Shown here: in pieces, positions 29,501 through 38,298 of the stretch
How the letters are laid out: the number at the start of each line of letters is the position of its first letter
How positions within the stretch are numbered: position 1 is the first letter of the stretch
Source: a virus
Lineage: Duplodnaviria; Caudoviricetes
Virus record (IMG/VR): IMGVR_UViG_3300033143_002750
Location: 1 to 38,667 of that record
DNA: 38,667 bases
Strand: one strand, 5' to 3'
Program-made: the position numbers and the translations under genes
The notes under the pieces: generated by a model
Database searches by the model: none
The model's input: only the letters and a program-made list of their open reading frames with translations
Told to the model about the DNA's origin: nothing

Positions 29501-32500
29501 GCTTCCTGTTGATCCTTGCATTCCAGTTGCTCCAATACCAGTTGCACCGGTAAATCCAGTTGCACCGGTAAATCCAGTTGCACCAGTCGCACCAACATCA
29601 CCGTTACCGACAACTTTAGTTAATGTAAAAGATACATTATTCATTGTTATTGTAGATGCAGATGCATTATCAGTTTTAAATCTAACATCTATCACATCAC
29701 CCGCGGCAAATGTTTCTAAACCGTTTATTGAAAAAGATCCACTTGTATTATTAGCAAACGCTCTACTTGTTTCTGTTTGTGCAATGATAACACCATTCTT
29801 AAATACTCCTACTGTTATTTCACGATTAGCACCAGATGTAATAGTATAAATACCACTCATTTTATAAACCCCACCTTCACCTGCATCAATAACTAAAGTA
29901 TCACCCTGTGCACCTCCGCCAGATGAGACATATGACATTTGGCTTATTTCACCTACTGCTGAAGTATCCCAGCCATCAAAAACATTATTCCATCCTGCTA
30001 CTGGGGTAGAACTTAATTCATACATTTCACCGTATGCAATTGATCCGCTTACCACCCCAGTAGCTCCGGTAAATCCAGTTGCACCAACCCCAGTAGCTCC
30101 AGTAGATCCAGTAAATCCAGTTGCTCCAATACCAGTTGCACCGGTAAATCCTGTTGCTCCAGTAGCTCCTTGGCTTCCTGTTGCTCCAGTAAATCCAGTT
30201 GAACCTATACCTGTTGCACCAGAACCTGTTGCTCCAGTAAACCCAATAGAACCAGTAGCACCAGTTGCGCCAGTGGCACCACCGCCACCTCCACCGCTAC
30301 CTTGTAAGTATATACAGTAATTTACATCCTGGTTTGAACCAGAGGTTGGTGTCCATGCACCACCACTTATATAATTCACAGTTAACTCTTCATAATTACC
30401 AGTAGATTGGATATTAGTAACTAAATATGAAGCAGGTCCTGTAGTAGGTGGAGTAAAAACATTTTCTTCAAATGTAATTATATCACCAACGGTAAGTAAT
30501 GTTTGTAAAGGGTGAGCTATGCTACTACCAATATGAAATGTAGTTACAGTAGACATAAGTCCACCACCCCCATTATGACTTATAGTATTAGTGGCAGCAC
30601 TTAAAATATTGTTCCATCCAACCCAATTAGGATCTGTAGAAGAATTAATACATGCACCGCTAACACTAACAATAGAAGCTCCAGTGGCTCCTTGGGATCC
30701 AATACCAGTTGCTCCAGTAAACCCAATAGAACCAGTAGCACCAGTTGCGCCAGTAGCACCAGGAGGTCCACCGCTAGGACCCTGTGGACCAGTTGCTCCA
30801 ACTTCACCAACAGAATTAATTGTTATAGTATCAGCAACCTCATCAATTACAAAAGTTACATTTGTACCTGGTATTAAATCAACATCACTAGTAGCAGCAC
30901 CGTCATCTAATTGAATACTTGCACTTCCATCAGTATTTTCTAATACAGATAAATTATAAGGTGCTAATGAAGCATTCTCCCATTGATTAGTAGTACTATT
31001 ATATACAATAAGATCATCATCTTGTACATTAGTAATAGTAACATCAGTTAATTGTCCTAATGATGTTGCTCCACCACTTCCTCCTGCCTCAACATCAACA
31101 TAACCTCTATATAAATGTCCATTAGCAGAATTAATCCATAATGTTCTTTCTGAAATAGTTCCACCACTAACATCATTACATGCAGGGTTAGCTGCAAGAG
31201 AAGGAAGAACTAATCCACCTTTATCAATATTAACACAGCCTACAAAATAACCAGCCCATGTACCACTATCAGTAATTAAGTCTGTTAAAACTGCTTCACC
31301 ATCATTTTCATTAGGACCAAATGTATCTACTACATTAGAATATAATCCTACTGTTTGTGGGCTACCTCCAGCATCTGCTTCTGTAAAATATATCATTTCA
31401 CCAACAGTGATAGCTAAACTATTTTTATAAGATAAGGATATGTTAGAACCGATATACTTAGTAGCTGCAGGTGTTTCTCCTGGAACAGGATTTGTTATAA
31501 TAGAACTTCCTATATAACGACTAAAATCAATACTAAGAAATTGGCTAAGATTATTACCTTCAGCAACACTATCATATGTCAAACTCATATTTTGAGAATA
31601 ACCTTTAAAGTTAGGGATTGGTGTATACAGCGATTTAATAGTAGATGTAAAAAAGGTAGGTGTTTGATCATTGTAACCAATAATCTGATTTTCTCCAAAC
31701 TGCAATGTTCTTATTCCCCAACCTTGTGCAACATCTTGTGTCTTATAGACTGAACCTCTCCAATTATCATCTGAGTCAAACCTACCAGAAGCTAGAGTTT
31801 GAGAAACCATTGGAACCTTAAAGTCATCAACAGCTGCCATAGTATCTGTTGTTAATTGAGGTATATACAATTCATTATTAGCAGATATCCCTAGCGCATC
31901 TACAGTTAAGCCACCTGGGCTAGCTCCCATTGTAATATAATATGATGGTGGGACACCTATTGCTTTAGCATATACGCCAGTGTTAGCTTTCACAACACCA
32001 GCTAAACTATGCTGTATTCCAGTTACACCGTCTGCTAAAGAATTTCTTAATTGTAATTGATGTTGGTTTGAAAGGTTAGAAATATGAACGCCTGTTCCTA
32101 AATCAGAAGACCTATTAAATTGTAAATTACCAACTGCACCATTTAACCTAACTATCCTATCAGCATCCAAGATTAATGAACTAGTGGTATATATGTTTTG
32201 TTGTCCTAAACTACCTAATGATGTTGGTGCCCATACACCTGAACCTGCATTCCATTGCAAAATATCTAATGGTTGAGGTATAACATCTGATACGTTTGAT
32301 AGCATACCAATTAAAGGTGCACCATCATTTAAATTTGCAAGATTAACCTTTGCCTCATTAAAATTATAAACAATATTGTCCTGTACATTATTAGTACTAA
32401 TTGATAATGCAGTACCTGTAGTATTAGTAGCATCAAATCCTCTAAATTGTAAATTAACACCAGACTTACCTGCATAAACATCTTGGTGAGTTACACCTTG

Positions 32501-33028
32501 CCCTATATTTTCACCGAGGTTAGCTTCACCTGGATTAGAGGCTAATGAATTAATTAATACAATAGATTTAGATGCTAAGTTATATTGAAGCTGCATCCCT
32601 TGTCCAGCAATAAGATTAAAAGTATCATCACCAACAGTGGCTTTCATTAAAGCATTACTTCCATTTTGTAAAGCTCCAGTAGGTAATGTAGAATTTATAT
32701 TAATCTTACCAAAGCCATTTGAACCTGATACACTAATAGATCCAGAACCGACACCACCAATAATATCCCACTCAGAAGTATCAAACACACCTTGTGTAGT
32801 TCTAATGTTAGCTCTCCACCAAACGAGTACCTGATCTTCACCAGTAGTTGTAGGATCATCTATAACTACAGGATGATAAACAATATTACCTATCTCATAT
32901 ATTCTAGACTCTACCCATGGGTTAGATACCATTTGAAAATTAGTATCAACCTCTCTATTGAATAGCTCTCTTCTTACCTCTGTTCTAAAAAGAATATATT
33001 CTTGTAGGTTATTAAATGACGTTGCCAT
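26507..33028 (-). CDS. Giant collagen-like fibre protein (tail or capsid fibre) with C1q/BclA-like and other globular domains
   Basis: 2173 aa; long Gly-X-Y tracts; fibre repeat [30 protein letters not shown]; C1q-like domain at about 29610-30055; N-terminal W..Y..G..V..W motif resembling CBM5/12; late motif at 33047-33054. Confidence 0.85.
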   Translation of the reverse strand: MATSFNNLQEYILFRTEVRRELFNREVDTNFQMVSNPWVESRIYEIGNIVYHPVVIDDPTTTGEDQVLVWWRANIRTTQGVFDTSEWDIIGGVGSGSISVSGSNGFGKININSTLPTGALQNGSNALMKATVGDDTFNLIAGQGMQLQYNLASKSIVLINSLASNPGEANLGENIGQGVTHQDVYAGKSGVNLQFRGFDATNTTGTALSISTNNVQDNIVYNFNEAKVNLANLNDGAPLIGMLSNVSDVIPQPLDILQWNAGSGVWAPTSLGSLGQQNIYTTSSLILDADRIVRLNGAVGNLQFNRSSDLGTGVHISNLSNQHQLQLRNSLADGVTGIQHSLAGVVKANTGVYAKAIGVPPSYYITMGASPGGLTVDALGISANNELYIPQLTTDTMAAVDDFKVPMVSQTLASGRFDSDDNWRGSVYKTQDVAQGWGIRTLQFGENQIIGYNDQTPTFFTSTIKSLYTPIPNFKGYSQNMSLTYDSVAEGNNLSQFLSIDFSRYIGSSIITNPVPGETPAATKYIGSNISLSYKNSLAITVGEMIYFTEADAGGSPQTVGLYSNVVDTFGPNENDGEAVLTDLITDSGTWAGYFVGCVNIDKGGLVLPSLAANPACNDVSGGTISERTLWINSANGHLYRGYVDVEAGGSGGATSLGQLTDVTITNVQDDDLIVYNSTTNQWENASLAPYNLSVLENTDGSASIQLDDGAATSDVDLIPGTNVTFVIDEVADTITINSVGEVGATGPQGPSGGPPGATGATGATGSIGFTGATGIGSQGATGASIVSVSGACINSSTDPNWVGWNNILSAATNTISHNGGGGLMSTVTTFHIGSSIAHPLQTLLTVGDIITFEENVFTPPTTGPASYLVTNIQSTGNYEELTVNYISGGAWTPTSGSNQDVNYCIYLQGSGGGGGGATGATGATGSIGFTGATGSGATGIGSTGFTGATGSQGATGATGFTGATGIGATGFTGSTGATGVGATGFTGATGVVSGSIAYGEMYELSSTPVAGWNNVFDGWDTSAVGEISQMSYVSSGGGAQGDTLVIDAGEGGVYKMSGIYTITSGANREITVGVFKNGVIIAQTETSRAFANNTSGSFSINGLETFAAGDVIDVRFKTDNASASTITMNNVSFTLTKVVGNGDVGATGATGFTGATGFTGATGIGATGMQGSTGSQGATGAVGQQGATGIGATGFIGATGAGASGATGMQGSTGSQGATGAVGQQGATGAIGQQGATGAVGQQGASGLLGSTGATGAIGQQGGTGAIGQQGASGLLGSTGATGFQGATGAVGQQGASGLTGQQGATGAVGQQGATGAVGQQGASGLLGSTGATGAIGEQGATGAIGQQGATGSQGATGAVGEQGATGAIGQQGASGLLGSTGATGAIGEQGATGAIGQQGASGLLGSTGATGVVGQQGATGVVGQQGATGSQGATGAIGSTGATGLIGQQGGTGAIGQQGATGSQGATGAIGQQGASGLLGATGATGAIGQQGATGSQGDTGSQGATGAIGNQGAVGEQGAIGQQGASGLLGATGATGFQGATGAVGDQGPLGQQGATGTQGKIGQQGATGIQGKAGEQGAAGEQGATGFQGATGAIGGQGASGLTGQQGATGLQGAVGNQGATGSQGATGAIGNQGAVGEQGATGSQGDTGSQGATGAVGQQGATGSQGDTGSQGATGAIGNQGAVGEQGATGAQGANGEQGAVGEQGATGTQGAVGEQGATGSQGVIGEQGATGAQGKVGDQGPLGVQGSTGAQGATGVVGNQGAVGVQGSTGITLGATGATGATGAGIQGQQGATGTRGDYGGFLTIYTSANVNTGSFSANDANIDGPNWKPAAGQVNMYLSATGNDPQSGNPIDYQNSNTVYSAWTATITASDNTAFVRVWEYGDPDKVNYYSFAPNNISTTNGVNGGIELTKGTYIGGAGILTYTQPVFGWGMNGYKGAIGNQGSQGNPGATGATGPAGSATAPVQLMNRFSGYRTGAPDWNGSFISGKYAVGGLAPNWGSPDATTQKYYEMQTAQTDTFDTEDLIDAAFIGNTTPADDLTGGFIRVTGMAYLQEQVSNPTYLGRVRIAIKKFDIVPNTAGPATPTDQPTGTIMDAQTYQISPNTVPGPFGEYAWSFILDTATLTLTREEFYKLGFAFEVVDTGGTGITLSSDKPWSIKYRIEYVYN
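27620..29600 (-). repeat. Coding 9-bp-period (Gly-X-Y) tandem repeat with internal higher-order duplications
   Basis: GAT/GQQ/GSQ/GEQ triplets; exact 91-bp duplication 27957-28047 = 28470-28560; near-exact copy with 120-bp offset at about 29341-29404 / 29461-29524. Confidence 0.95.
30228..30754. repeat. 47-bp exact direct repeats (30228-30274 and 30708-30754), 480 bp apart, bracketing a globular domain
   Basis: gttgctccagtaaacccaatagaaccagtagcaccagttgcgccagt present at both positions. Confidence 0.9.
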
Positions 33029-33070
33029 TGATGTTAAATATTTTTTTATTTATTCTTCTTTCCGATGTCT

Positions 33071-33646
33071 TTATTTTGGAGGATTTTCAACAATAGTTAT
33101 ATCTGAATATGGAAACTGAGATGTGTCTCTACTTGTTGTAAATGCTTCTCTAAATGATTTAAGCCACCAGGTATTTTCGGACCATCCAGGTTCTGCATAG
33201 CACGGTGAGTAAATTCCTGTTATATAAATGTATCTTAGTTCTCTCCAATACTTAAGGTAATCATTTACAGCATTTTTAATTAATTGAATTTGTCTATCAA
33301 TAAATACCTTTCTTCCAGCATTCCTCTGGCGGTCAAAAGCAGACCCAGTCTCTAAAGTAAACTTTTCTGTAACATCAATTGCTCTGTACTCAGTTGTAAA
33401 ATTATAAAGTTCGCTAGTTGCTAAAAAGAATTGTATTGAAACTAAATCACCTAAAAAACAATTGTCAATTGGTTTATAATTATCATCATAATATTTTTGC
33501 ATTGCAGCAACATCGGCAAAATCAATGTATTCATGTTTTACTCTATCAAAAAAATCAACCTTAATACTTGTGCAAGTTATGCGGTTCTTTTTCATGAATA
33601 TGAAAAAGTCTAAAGCTAGTTTAAATGTTATTGCCTCTAAGATCAC
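33071..33646 (-). CDS. Hypothetical protein immediately upstream of the fibre gene
   Basis: 191-aa ORF with GTG start and late motif at 33665-33672. Confidence 0.7.
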   Translation of the reverse strand: MILEAITFKLALDFFIFMKKNRITCTSIKVDFFDRVKHEYIDFADVAAMQKYYDDNYKPIDNCFLGDLVSIQFFLATSELYNFTTEYRAIDVTEKFTLETGSAFDRQRNAGRKVFIDRQIQLIKNAVNDYLKYWRELRYIYITGIYSPCYAEPGWSENTWWLKSFREAFTTSRDTSQFPYSDITIVENPPK

Positions 33647-33676
33647 TGGGATATACTTTTTTTGTATATATTCAGT
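33645..33676 (-). promoter_or_regulatory. Late-promoter-like motif within an imperfect hairpin covering the GTG start
   Basis: Minus strand ACTG-aat-ATATAC-aaaaaaa-GTATAT-cc-CAGT-G. Confidence 0.5.
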
Positions 33677-34145
33677 CTATGATTAGATGGTAGTCTTTAA
33701 TTAAAGAATCAATTGTACCGTATGTGATTTTACACTGCTTAAAAATTTCTAGGTGATCTTGGTTACGATAATCATCAATCCAATATACATGTTTAAATCC
33801 TGCATTAACTAAAATCTTTGTACACATTTTACAAGGTGAAAGAGTTAAAAGTATAATGTAATTATGAGGATCATATTCTTTAAATTTAGCAATCATATTT
33901 ACCTCAGCATGAATAAAGCCACTTTCACCTGGAGTAAGACTGTCTTCTTCTGTACCAGTCTCTTCATTTATACCGGCTCCACTATAAGATCCATTGTAAC
34001 CAAAGCTTGCAATTTTACTGAAGTCTTTTCTTAATGCAATACAACCAACTTTTGTCGTTGATGAATTTGAAAGATTTTTAACATTATCTAAAATTTTAGA
34101 AAATGTATCTATTTTTATTTGAAGTCGCTGAATCTTGGAATCCAT
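33672..34145 (-). CDS. dCMP deaminase
   Basis: KVGC..GYNG, HAEVN and SPCKMC zinc motifs of the cytidine/dCMP deaminase family. Confidence 0.9.
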   Translation of the reverse strand: MDSKIQRLQIKIDTFSKILDNVKNLSNSSTTKVGCIALRKDFSKIASFGYNGSYSGAGINEETGTEEDSLTPGESGFIHAEVNMIAKFKEYDPHNYIILLTLSPCKMCTKILVNAGFKHVYWIDDYRNQDHLEIFKQCKITYGTIDSLIKDYHLIID

Positions 34146-34696
34146 TTACTCTTAATTAGTTTAGCTTTCATTTTAATACCAGGTTCTTTACTTAATGATT
34201 TTGCTAGCTTAATGTTTTCTTCATCATCATCAAAAAAGGTAAAGTCATTAAATCCCATTTCTATAAATTTTCTAAATGCATCCTTTTTCTTTTCTGAAGT
34301 AGATCCTTTAAATCCTAAAGAGGTATCATTAATTGCAAATATGTATTGAGGATTTATATTAATACCATTATGAGCAAGAAATTGTTGAATAAGTTTGGAA
34401 TCATCTCTTGCTGTTATAATCCCAACAGGTTTTCCTTTTTGAATAGTTCTTCTTAAAATAGAAAATACCCATTCAATAATTTTACCAGCTTTAAGAATAT
34501 CTAAACTTTGAAAATCCGAAAAGTCCATCTTATCATTTGGTCTTTGCTTAAAAGTATTAAATTCTTGTGGGGTAAGTTCAGTAGAAAAACCAGTTTTTGG
34601 ATTATGAACTTTAATTTTACTGCGAGTAACCACAAGAGTATCATCCACATCAAATATGGTTATAGACCTTCTTCTATTTGATTCAAATAATCTCAC
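34115..34696 (-). CDS. HAD-superfamily phosphatase
   Basis: Motif I IFDVDDTL, motif II IITAR, K in motif III, motif IV FFDDDEEN; GATAAATA motif variant at 34727-34734. Confidence 0.85.
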   Translation of the reverse strand: MRLFESNRRRSITIFDVDDTLVVTRSKIKVHNPKTGFSTELTPQEFNTFKQRPNDKMDFSDFQSLDILKAGKIIEWVFSILRRTIQKGKPVGIITARDDSKLIQQFLAHNGININPQYIFAINDTSLGFKGSTSEKKKDAFRKFIEMGFNDFTFFDDDEENIKLAKSLSKEPGIKMKAKLIKSKWIPRFSDFK

Positions 34697-34781
34697 TTTA
34701 TTTTATACTTTCTTTTTTCCTTTTATTATTTATCAATAAAATTTATAGAACACATTAGATGTACCTAAAAGGTGTTAGTAA

Positions 34782-36104
34782 TTAACAATCCCTTCCGTTA
34801 GCATAAATATGTTTTACTACAGGGAATCTTAGAGAGTAACCTCCAGTTTGATTTTTACTTTCTTCAAAATATTGGATAGTTACTGTTTTACCTATGATCT
34901 CCTGTGGAAATTCATAATAGTGTTCTCTTTGTTCTTTAGAGAAACCTGATCCTACACTAACTTTACAACCTTTATGTTCAATTATAATACTACTTAAACA
35001 TTCTCTTTCTACTTGTTTACCGTTTTCTGTCCATCGGATATTTCCATTAATTGCATCTAGGACAGTATATTCTGCATCATGGAATTTTTTAACCTTTAAA
35101 AGATTATGGCTTCTTTTACCTTCATAGCCTACATTCTTTCTAACCATGATTCCTTCAAATCCTGCCTCTTCAGCATCCTTTGCCATTTCAGTAAATTGGC
35201 CATCATTTGAAATTTGTTCTTGTTTAAGAAATTCTAACATATCAGAATTAATATCTTCTGGTAATAAATCATAACCATTACGAAGTCTTTCAGTAAGTGG
35301 TGTAGTTCCAACCTTATTATCAAATTCATCTAATGTTAAATAATCAAATATAAAGAATTTAGGATTTTCAATTTGGTGATCCTTCTTTCGGATCTGTTTC
35401 ATAATTCCTTGGAAGTCTTCATTACCATTTTCATCTACTAAACAAATTTCTCCATCTAATATAAAGTCTCCACCTATCTTAGAAATTTCATTTTCTAAAT
35501 TGCCTAGAGTTAAAAATTCTTTACCACTTCTTGAAAAGAATGTTACTGTATTCATTTCCTTTCGGCAAATACAACGTACTCCGTCTAGTTTTCTTGATCC
35601 AAACCAATCTTCATTTTCAAAATCTGTTCTTTTAGGATTATAAGGATTAGCTAAAGCAACCTTAAATGTAGGAATTAAATCTGGGTGTACTGCTTTGTTA
35701 ATTGATGTAGTATTAGCACCCATTTTAAGGTCTCTATCAATCATATTCCAAATGATATCTTCCCATTGTTTGTTTTCTAAAACAAATCGGTTTACATTTG
35801 CAATTGCAGTATGTCCTGTACAAACTCGGTTTTTCAAATCATCCAATAAAGTAAATATACTTCCATAAGTATTTGGATGTCCTACTAAATCTGAATTCTT
35901 TTTACAGTTCTTAGAAGTAACATTATATTTCCAGTATGGATTGTAAGTATATTCAAAAATCTTTTGTAGAAATTCTCTATCTTCATTCTCTTCTGAATTA
36001 TCAGCATACTTTTTAATAGTTGCAATCTTATGATTCCCTGAAGATGAATCTCTCATCTCATTTAAGAATGATTGTAAATAGTTGAGGTTTGTGTAATATG
36101 TCAT
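34782..36104 (-). CDS. lig: ATP-dependent DNA ligase (T4 gp30-like)
   Basis: Motifs RKLDGVR, LDGEI, FFIFD, EGIMVR, LLKVK, SVGSGFS, SLRFP. Confidence 0.95.
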   Translation of the reverse strand: MTYYTNLNYLQSFLNEMRDSSSGNHKIATIKKYADNSEENEDREFLQKIFEYTYNPYWKYNVTSKNCKKNSDLVGHPNTYGSIFTLLDDLKNRVCTGHTAIANVNRFVLENKQWEDIIWNMIDRDLKMGANTTSINKAVHPDLIPTFKVALANPYNPKRTDFENEDWFGSRKLDGVRCICRKEMNTVTFFSRSGKEFLTLGNLENEISKIGGDFILDGEICLVDENGNEDFQGIMKQIRKKDHQIENPKFFIFDYLTLDEFDNKVGTTPLTERLRNGYDLLPEDINSDMLEFLKQEQISNDGQFTEMAKDAEEAGFEGIMVRKNVGYEGKRSHNLLKVKKFHDAEYTVLDAINGNIRWTENGKQVERECLSSIIIEHKGCKVSVGSGFSKEQREHYYEFPQEIIGKTVTIQYFEESKNQTGGYSLRFPVVKHIYANGRDC

Positions 36105-36210
36105 ATTCCGTTTATTTTATTATAATATAAATATAATACATTTAATTGGGAATTGAACTATAAACTCTTGTTTTTTTCAAAAAGTTATTAACAATTTTAA
36201 AACAAAGTTG

Positions 36211-36285
36211 TCGGGATGGCAGGATTCGAACCTGCGACCTCCTCGTCCCAAACGAGGCGCGATAACCGGGCTACGCTACATCCCG
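36211..36285 (-). tRNA. tRNA-Pro(TGG), CCA not encoded
   Basis: Acceptor CGGGATG/CATCCCG, anticodon arm CCTCG-TTTGGGA-CGAGG, T arm GCAGG-TTCGAAT-CCTGC. Confidence 0.95.
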
Positions 36286-36289
36286 TGTG

Positions 36290-36362
36290 TTGTCCCTACA
36301 GGGGTCGAACCTATACTCTTCTGGACCAAAACCAGACGTGTTGCCAATTACACCAAGGGACA
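36290..36362 (-). tRNA. tRNA-Gln(TTG), CCA not encoded
   Basis: Acceptor TGTCCCT/AGGGACA, anticodon arm TCTGG-TTTTGGT-CCAGA, T arm ATAGG-TTCGACC-CCTGT. Confidence 0.95.
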
Positions 36363-36370
36363 GATTAATC

Positions 36371-36538
36371 TTATAAGTCTTTTTTATCTTTAAGAGCTTT
36401 AATAAGCTTATCAAATTGTTTTGAAGTTAATCCTTGGTGGCTTGAAGAAAAAGGTTTCCATTGTACAATAATAGCTAAAAGAAATATGCTACCAATAAAA
36501 TGCCAAAAAGATTGAAATATAAATTCTAATAATGCCAT
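36371..36538 (-). CDS. 55-aa single-pass membrane peptide (below ORF-track cutoff)
   Basis: MALLEFIFQSFWHFIGSIFLLAIIVQWKPFSSSHQGLTSKQFDKLIKALKDKKDL; hydrophobic N-half, basic tail; fills the gap and has a promoter-like motif upstream. Confidence 0.75.
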   Translation of the reverse strand: MALLEFIFQSFWHFIGSIFLLAIIVQWKPFSSSHQGLTSKQFDKLIKALKDKKDL

Positions 36539-36550
36539 AGTGATTTATTA

Positions 36551-36579
36551 ATTATATGGATGATAATGATTTAGTTTAA
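36551..36579 (-). promoter_or_regulatory. Candidate early/middle promoter TTAAAC-N17-TATAAT driving peptide and tRNAs
   Basis: Same hexamers and spacing as 26472-26500. Confidence 0.5.
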
Positions 36580-37157
36580 TATTCAGTGTTAAAGAAAAAT
36601 GTTTGAAATAATCTACCATCATACTTGTCTTTACCAAAGTATTCCATAGATTTATGAAACATATCACCTCTATATAAAACTAACCTATTATAAATATTTC
36701 CAACCATTGCAGTCATTTCCCATGCATCTGCATTATATGCATCAGAATTAATTTTATCCATTTTCTCCTGGTCATAGGATCCGTCTTCACCTCTTGGAGC
36801 AAATTCTAACCCAGTTGGTTTATGTCTATATAATGCAGTTCCTCCATTAGCTGGAGCATTAGGTGTTAAGTAACAAACACCAGCCCATGTTGTTGAATTA
36901 TCAGCATGAATCCAACTAACATCTTTTTCTGTAGTATATTGCCAAGCTGTAGTATAAGCATCTTCAAAATAAGTAATATTTCCACCTGCATGTTGGACTA
37001 TACCTTGTATGACATCTTGTAAACCCCAAGTGTGGCATGGGGCAGTTCTTTGGCCAGGGTAATTACCTCTTACATCAAATTCTTGCTGTAAAACCCATTC
37101 TCTTGTTTCTTCTGGATTATTATAAAAATTATCCGTGATAATTAAATTTGTTTGCAT
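36576..37157 (-). CDS. 2OG-Fe(II) oxygenase-fold protein (DUF6445-like)
   Basis: IITDNFYNNP, YPGQRT, WIHAD (HxD), AGVCYL, GGTALY, YNRLVLY...FH...RLFQTFFF; late motif at 37173-37180. Confidence 0.8.
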   Translation of the reverse strand: MQTNLIITDNFYNNPEETREWVLQQEFDVRGNYPGQRTAPCHTWGLQDVIQGIVQHAGGNITYFEDAYTTAWQYTTEKDVSWIHADNSTTWAGVCYLTPNAPANGGTALYRHKPTGLEFAPRGEDGSYDQEKMDKINSDAYNADAWEMTAMVGNIYNRLVLYRGDMFHKSMEYFGKDKYDGRLFQTFFFNTEY

Positions 37158-37178
37158 ATCTAAATATTTTATTATTTA

Positions 37179-37487
37179 TTAGTTAATTTCAGGAGGCTCT
37201 TCTTCATCATTCCACGGGCCATCTAAAAATAACATCGTTTTTAGTTTTTGTAAATTAGTACATCTTTCATATTGTTCTTCATGTTCAAAATACTTAATAA
37301 GACCGTCTATACTTTCTATTTTACTTTCAATAGAATCTTTTCTTTTTAAAACTGCACTAGGGCTTTGCATCAAAACGTGGTATGATAAATCCATAAATCT
37401 ATCAAAGTCAGTATGTTCTAATGTTAGCAATAAATTTTTTAAGAATTCATCGCTAAAACCTTTTCCTTTTTTAGGATCTTTTGCCAT
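37179..37487 (-). CDS. Small helical protein with UVR (UvrB/C)-like motif
   Basis: 102 aa; [20 protein letters not shown] resembles the E-x-YE-x-A/C coiled-coil motif. Confidence 0.6.
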   Translation of the reverse strand: MAKDPKKGKGFSDEFLKNLLLTLEHTDFDRFMDLSYHVLMQSPSAVLKRKDSIESKIESIDGLIKYFEHEEQYERCTNLQKLKTMLFLDGPWNDEEEPPEIN

Positions 37488-38298
37488 TGTGTTTATTCTT
37501 TATTTTTGTTATTAACATTTTATCTTCATCATCTAAATCTGTAGGTATATCTACGATTATGCTTATAAGTAAATCACTATACTTACCTTCTTGTTTATAA
37601 ATAGGAAACCCTTTTCCTTTTACTCTAAGGACCTTTCCATTAGGAGTACCTGGTGGAATTGTGAAAGAAATAATTTTATCAAAACAATCAATACTTTCCT
37701 TTCCACCTAACAGTGCATCATAAAGACTTATATTTTTTATTGTATGCAATCCTTGATTGTCTAAAAAGAAGTCTCTATCATTTATTACTTCAATAGTCAT
37801 TATTAAATCACCATTAAGTTCTTCAGTCTGGCCACGTTGGCCTAATCCTTTTAATCTTAATTTCTGGCCATTTTTAATTCCAGCTGGAATATCAACCTTT
37901 ATGGTTTTCATTCCAATGCCAACATCTCTGCTTGTACCATAATATGCATCAGCTAAAGATATTCGTAAAATACCACTAGTGTTTCTGCCTTTAGAATTAT
38001 ATCCATACCTTTGATTAAAAGCTCCAGCAAAATTTTGATTTCTTAATAAGTCTTCAAACATACTGCCTGTAAAATCATGACCAAAATCAGCAAAAGGATT
38101 ATTGGCTCTTTGATCATATTGAGCTTTCTTCTGAGGATTGCTTAAAGTTTCGTATGCATCAGCAACCTCTTTAAATTTATCTTCATTACCAGAGCCTTTA
38201 TCAGGATGATACTGTTTAGCTAATTTTCTATAAGCTTTTTTAATCTCACCATCAGATGAATTTTTATCTACTCCTAATATGCTATACGGATCTTTCAT
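37471..38298 (-). CDS. dnaJ: DnaJ/CbpA-type co-chaperone (no zinc finger)
   Basis: J domain DPYSILGV...[15 protein letters not shown]; C-terminal [32 protein letters not shown]; ATG at 38298 (TAATG coupling) preferred over TTG at 38307. Confidence 0.92.
   Translation of the reverse strand: MKDPYSILGVDKNSSDGEIKKAYRKLAKQYHPDKGSGNEDKFKEVADAYETLSNPQKKAQYDQRANNPFADFGHDFTGSMFEDLLRNQNFAGAFNQRYGYNSKGRNTSGILRISLADAYYGTSRDVGIGMKTIKVDIPAGIKNGQKLRLKGLGQRGQTEELNGDLIMTIEVINDRDFFLDNQGLHTIKNISLYDALLGGKESIDCFDKIISFTIPPGTPNGKVLRVKGKGFPIYKQEGKYSDLLISIIVDIPTDLDDEDKMLITKIKNKHNGKRS

Noticed and set aside
27620-30780. Repeat region as a CRISPR array or DGR template/variable pair
   Set aside because: No constant repeat with unique spacers, no adenine-specific mismatch pattern noticed, no cas or reverse transcriptase gene; repeats are in-frame Gly-X-Y coding
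34748-34780. Possible terminator hairpin after the ligase
   Set aside because: Only a weak, bulged stem (AACAC/GTGTT, TTAG/CTAA) without a clear U-tract
36208-36393. 61-aa plus-strand ORF
   Set aside because: Antisense translation of the two tRNA genes
36576-37157. 2OG-Fe(II) oxygenase as prolyl hydroxylase for the collagen fibre
   Set aside because: The collagen tracts contain almost no proline, so the link is unsupported
3915-37942. All plus-strand ORFs in the track and the short minus ORFs at 11968, 27721, 28210 and 30601
   Set aside because: They lie within long, motif-supported minus-strand genes; the collagen-region ones are artefacts of the 9-bp periodicity
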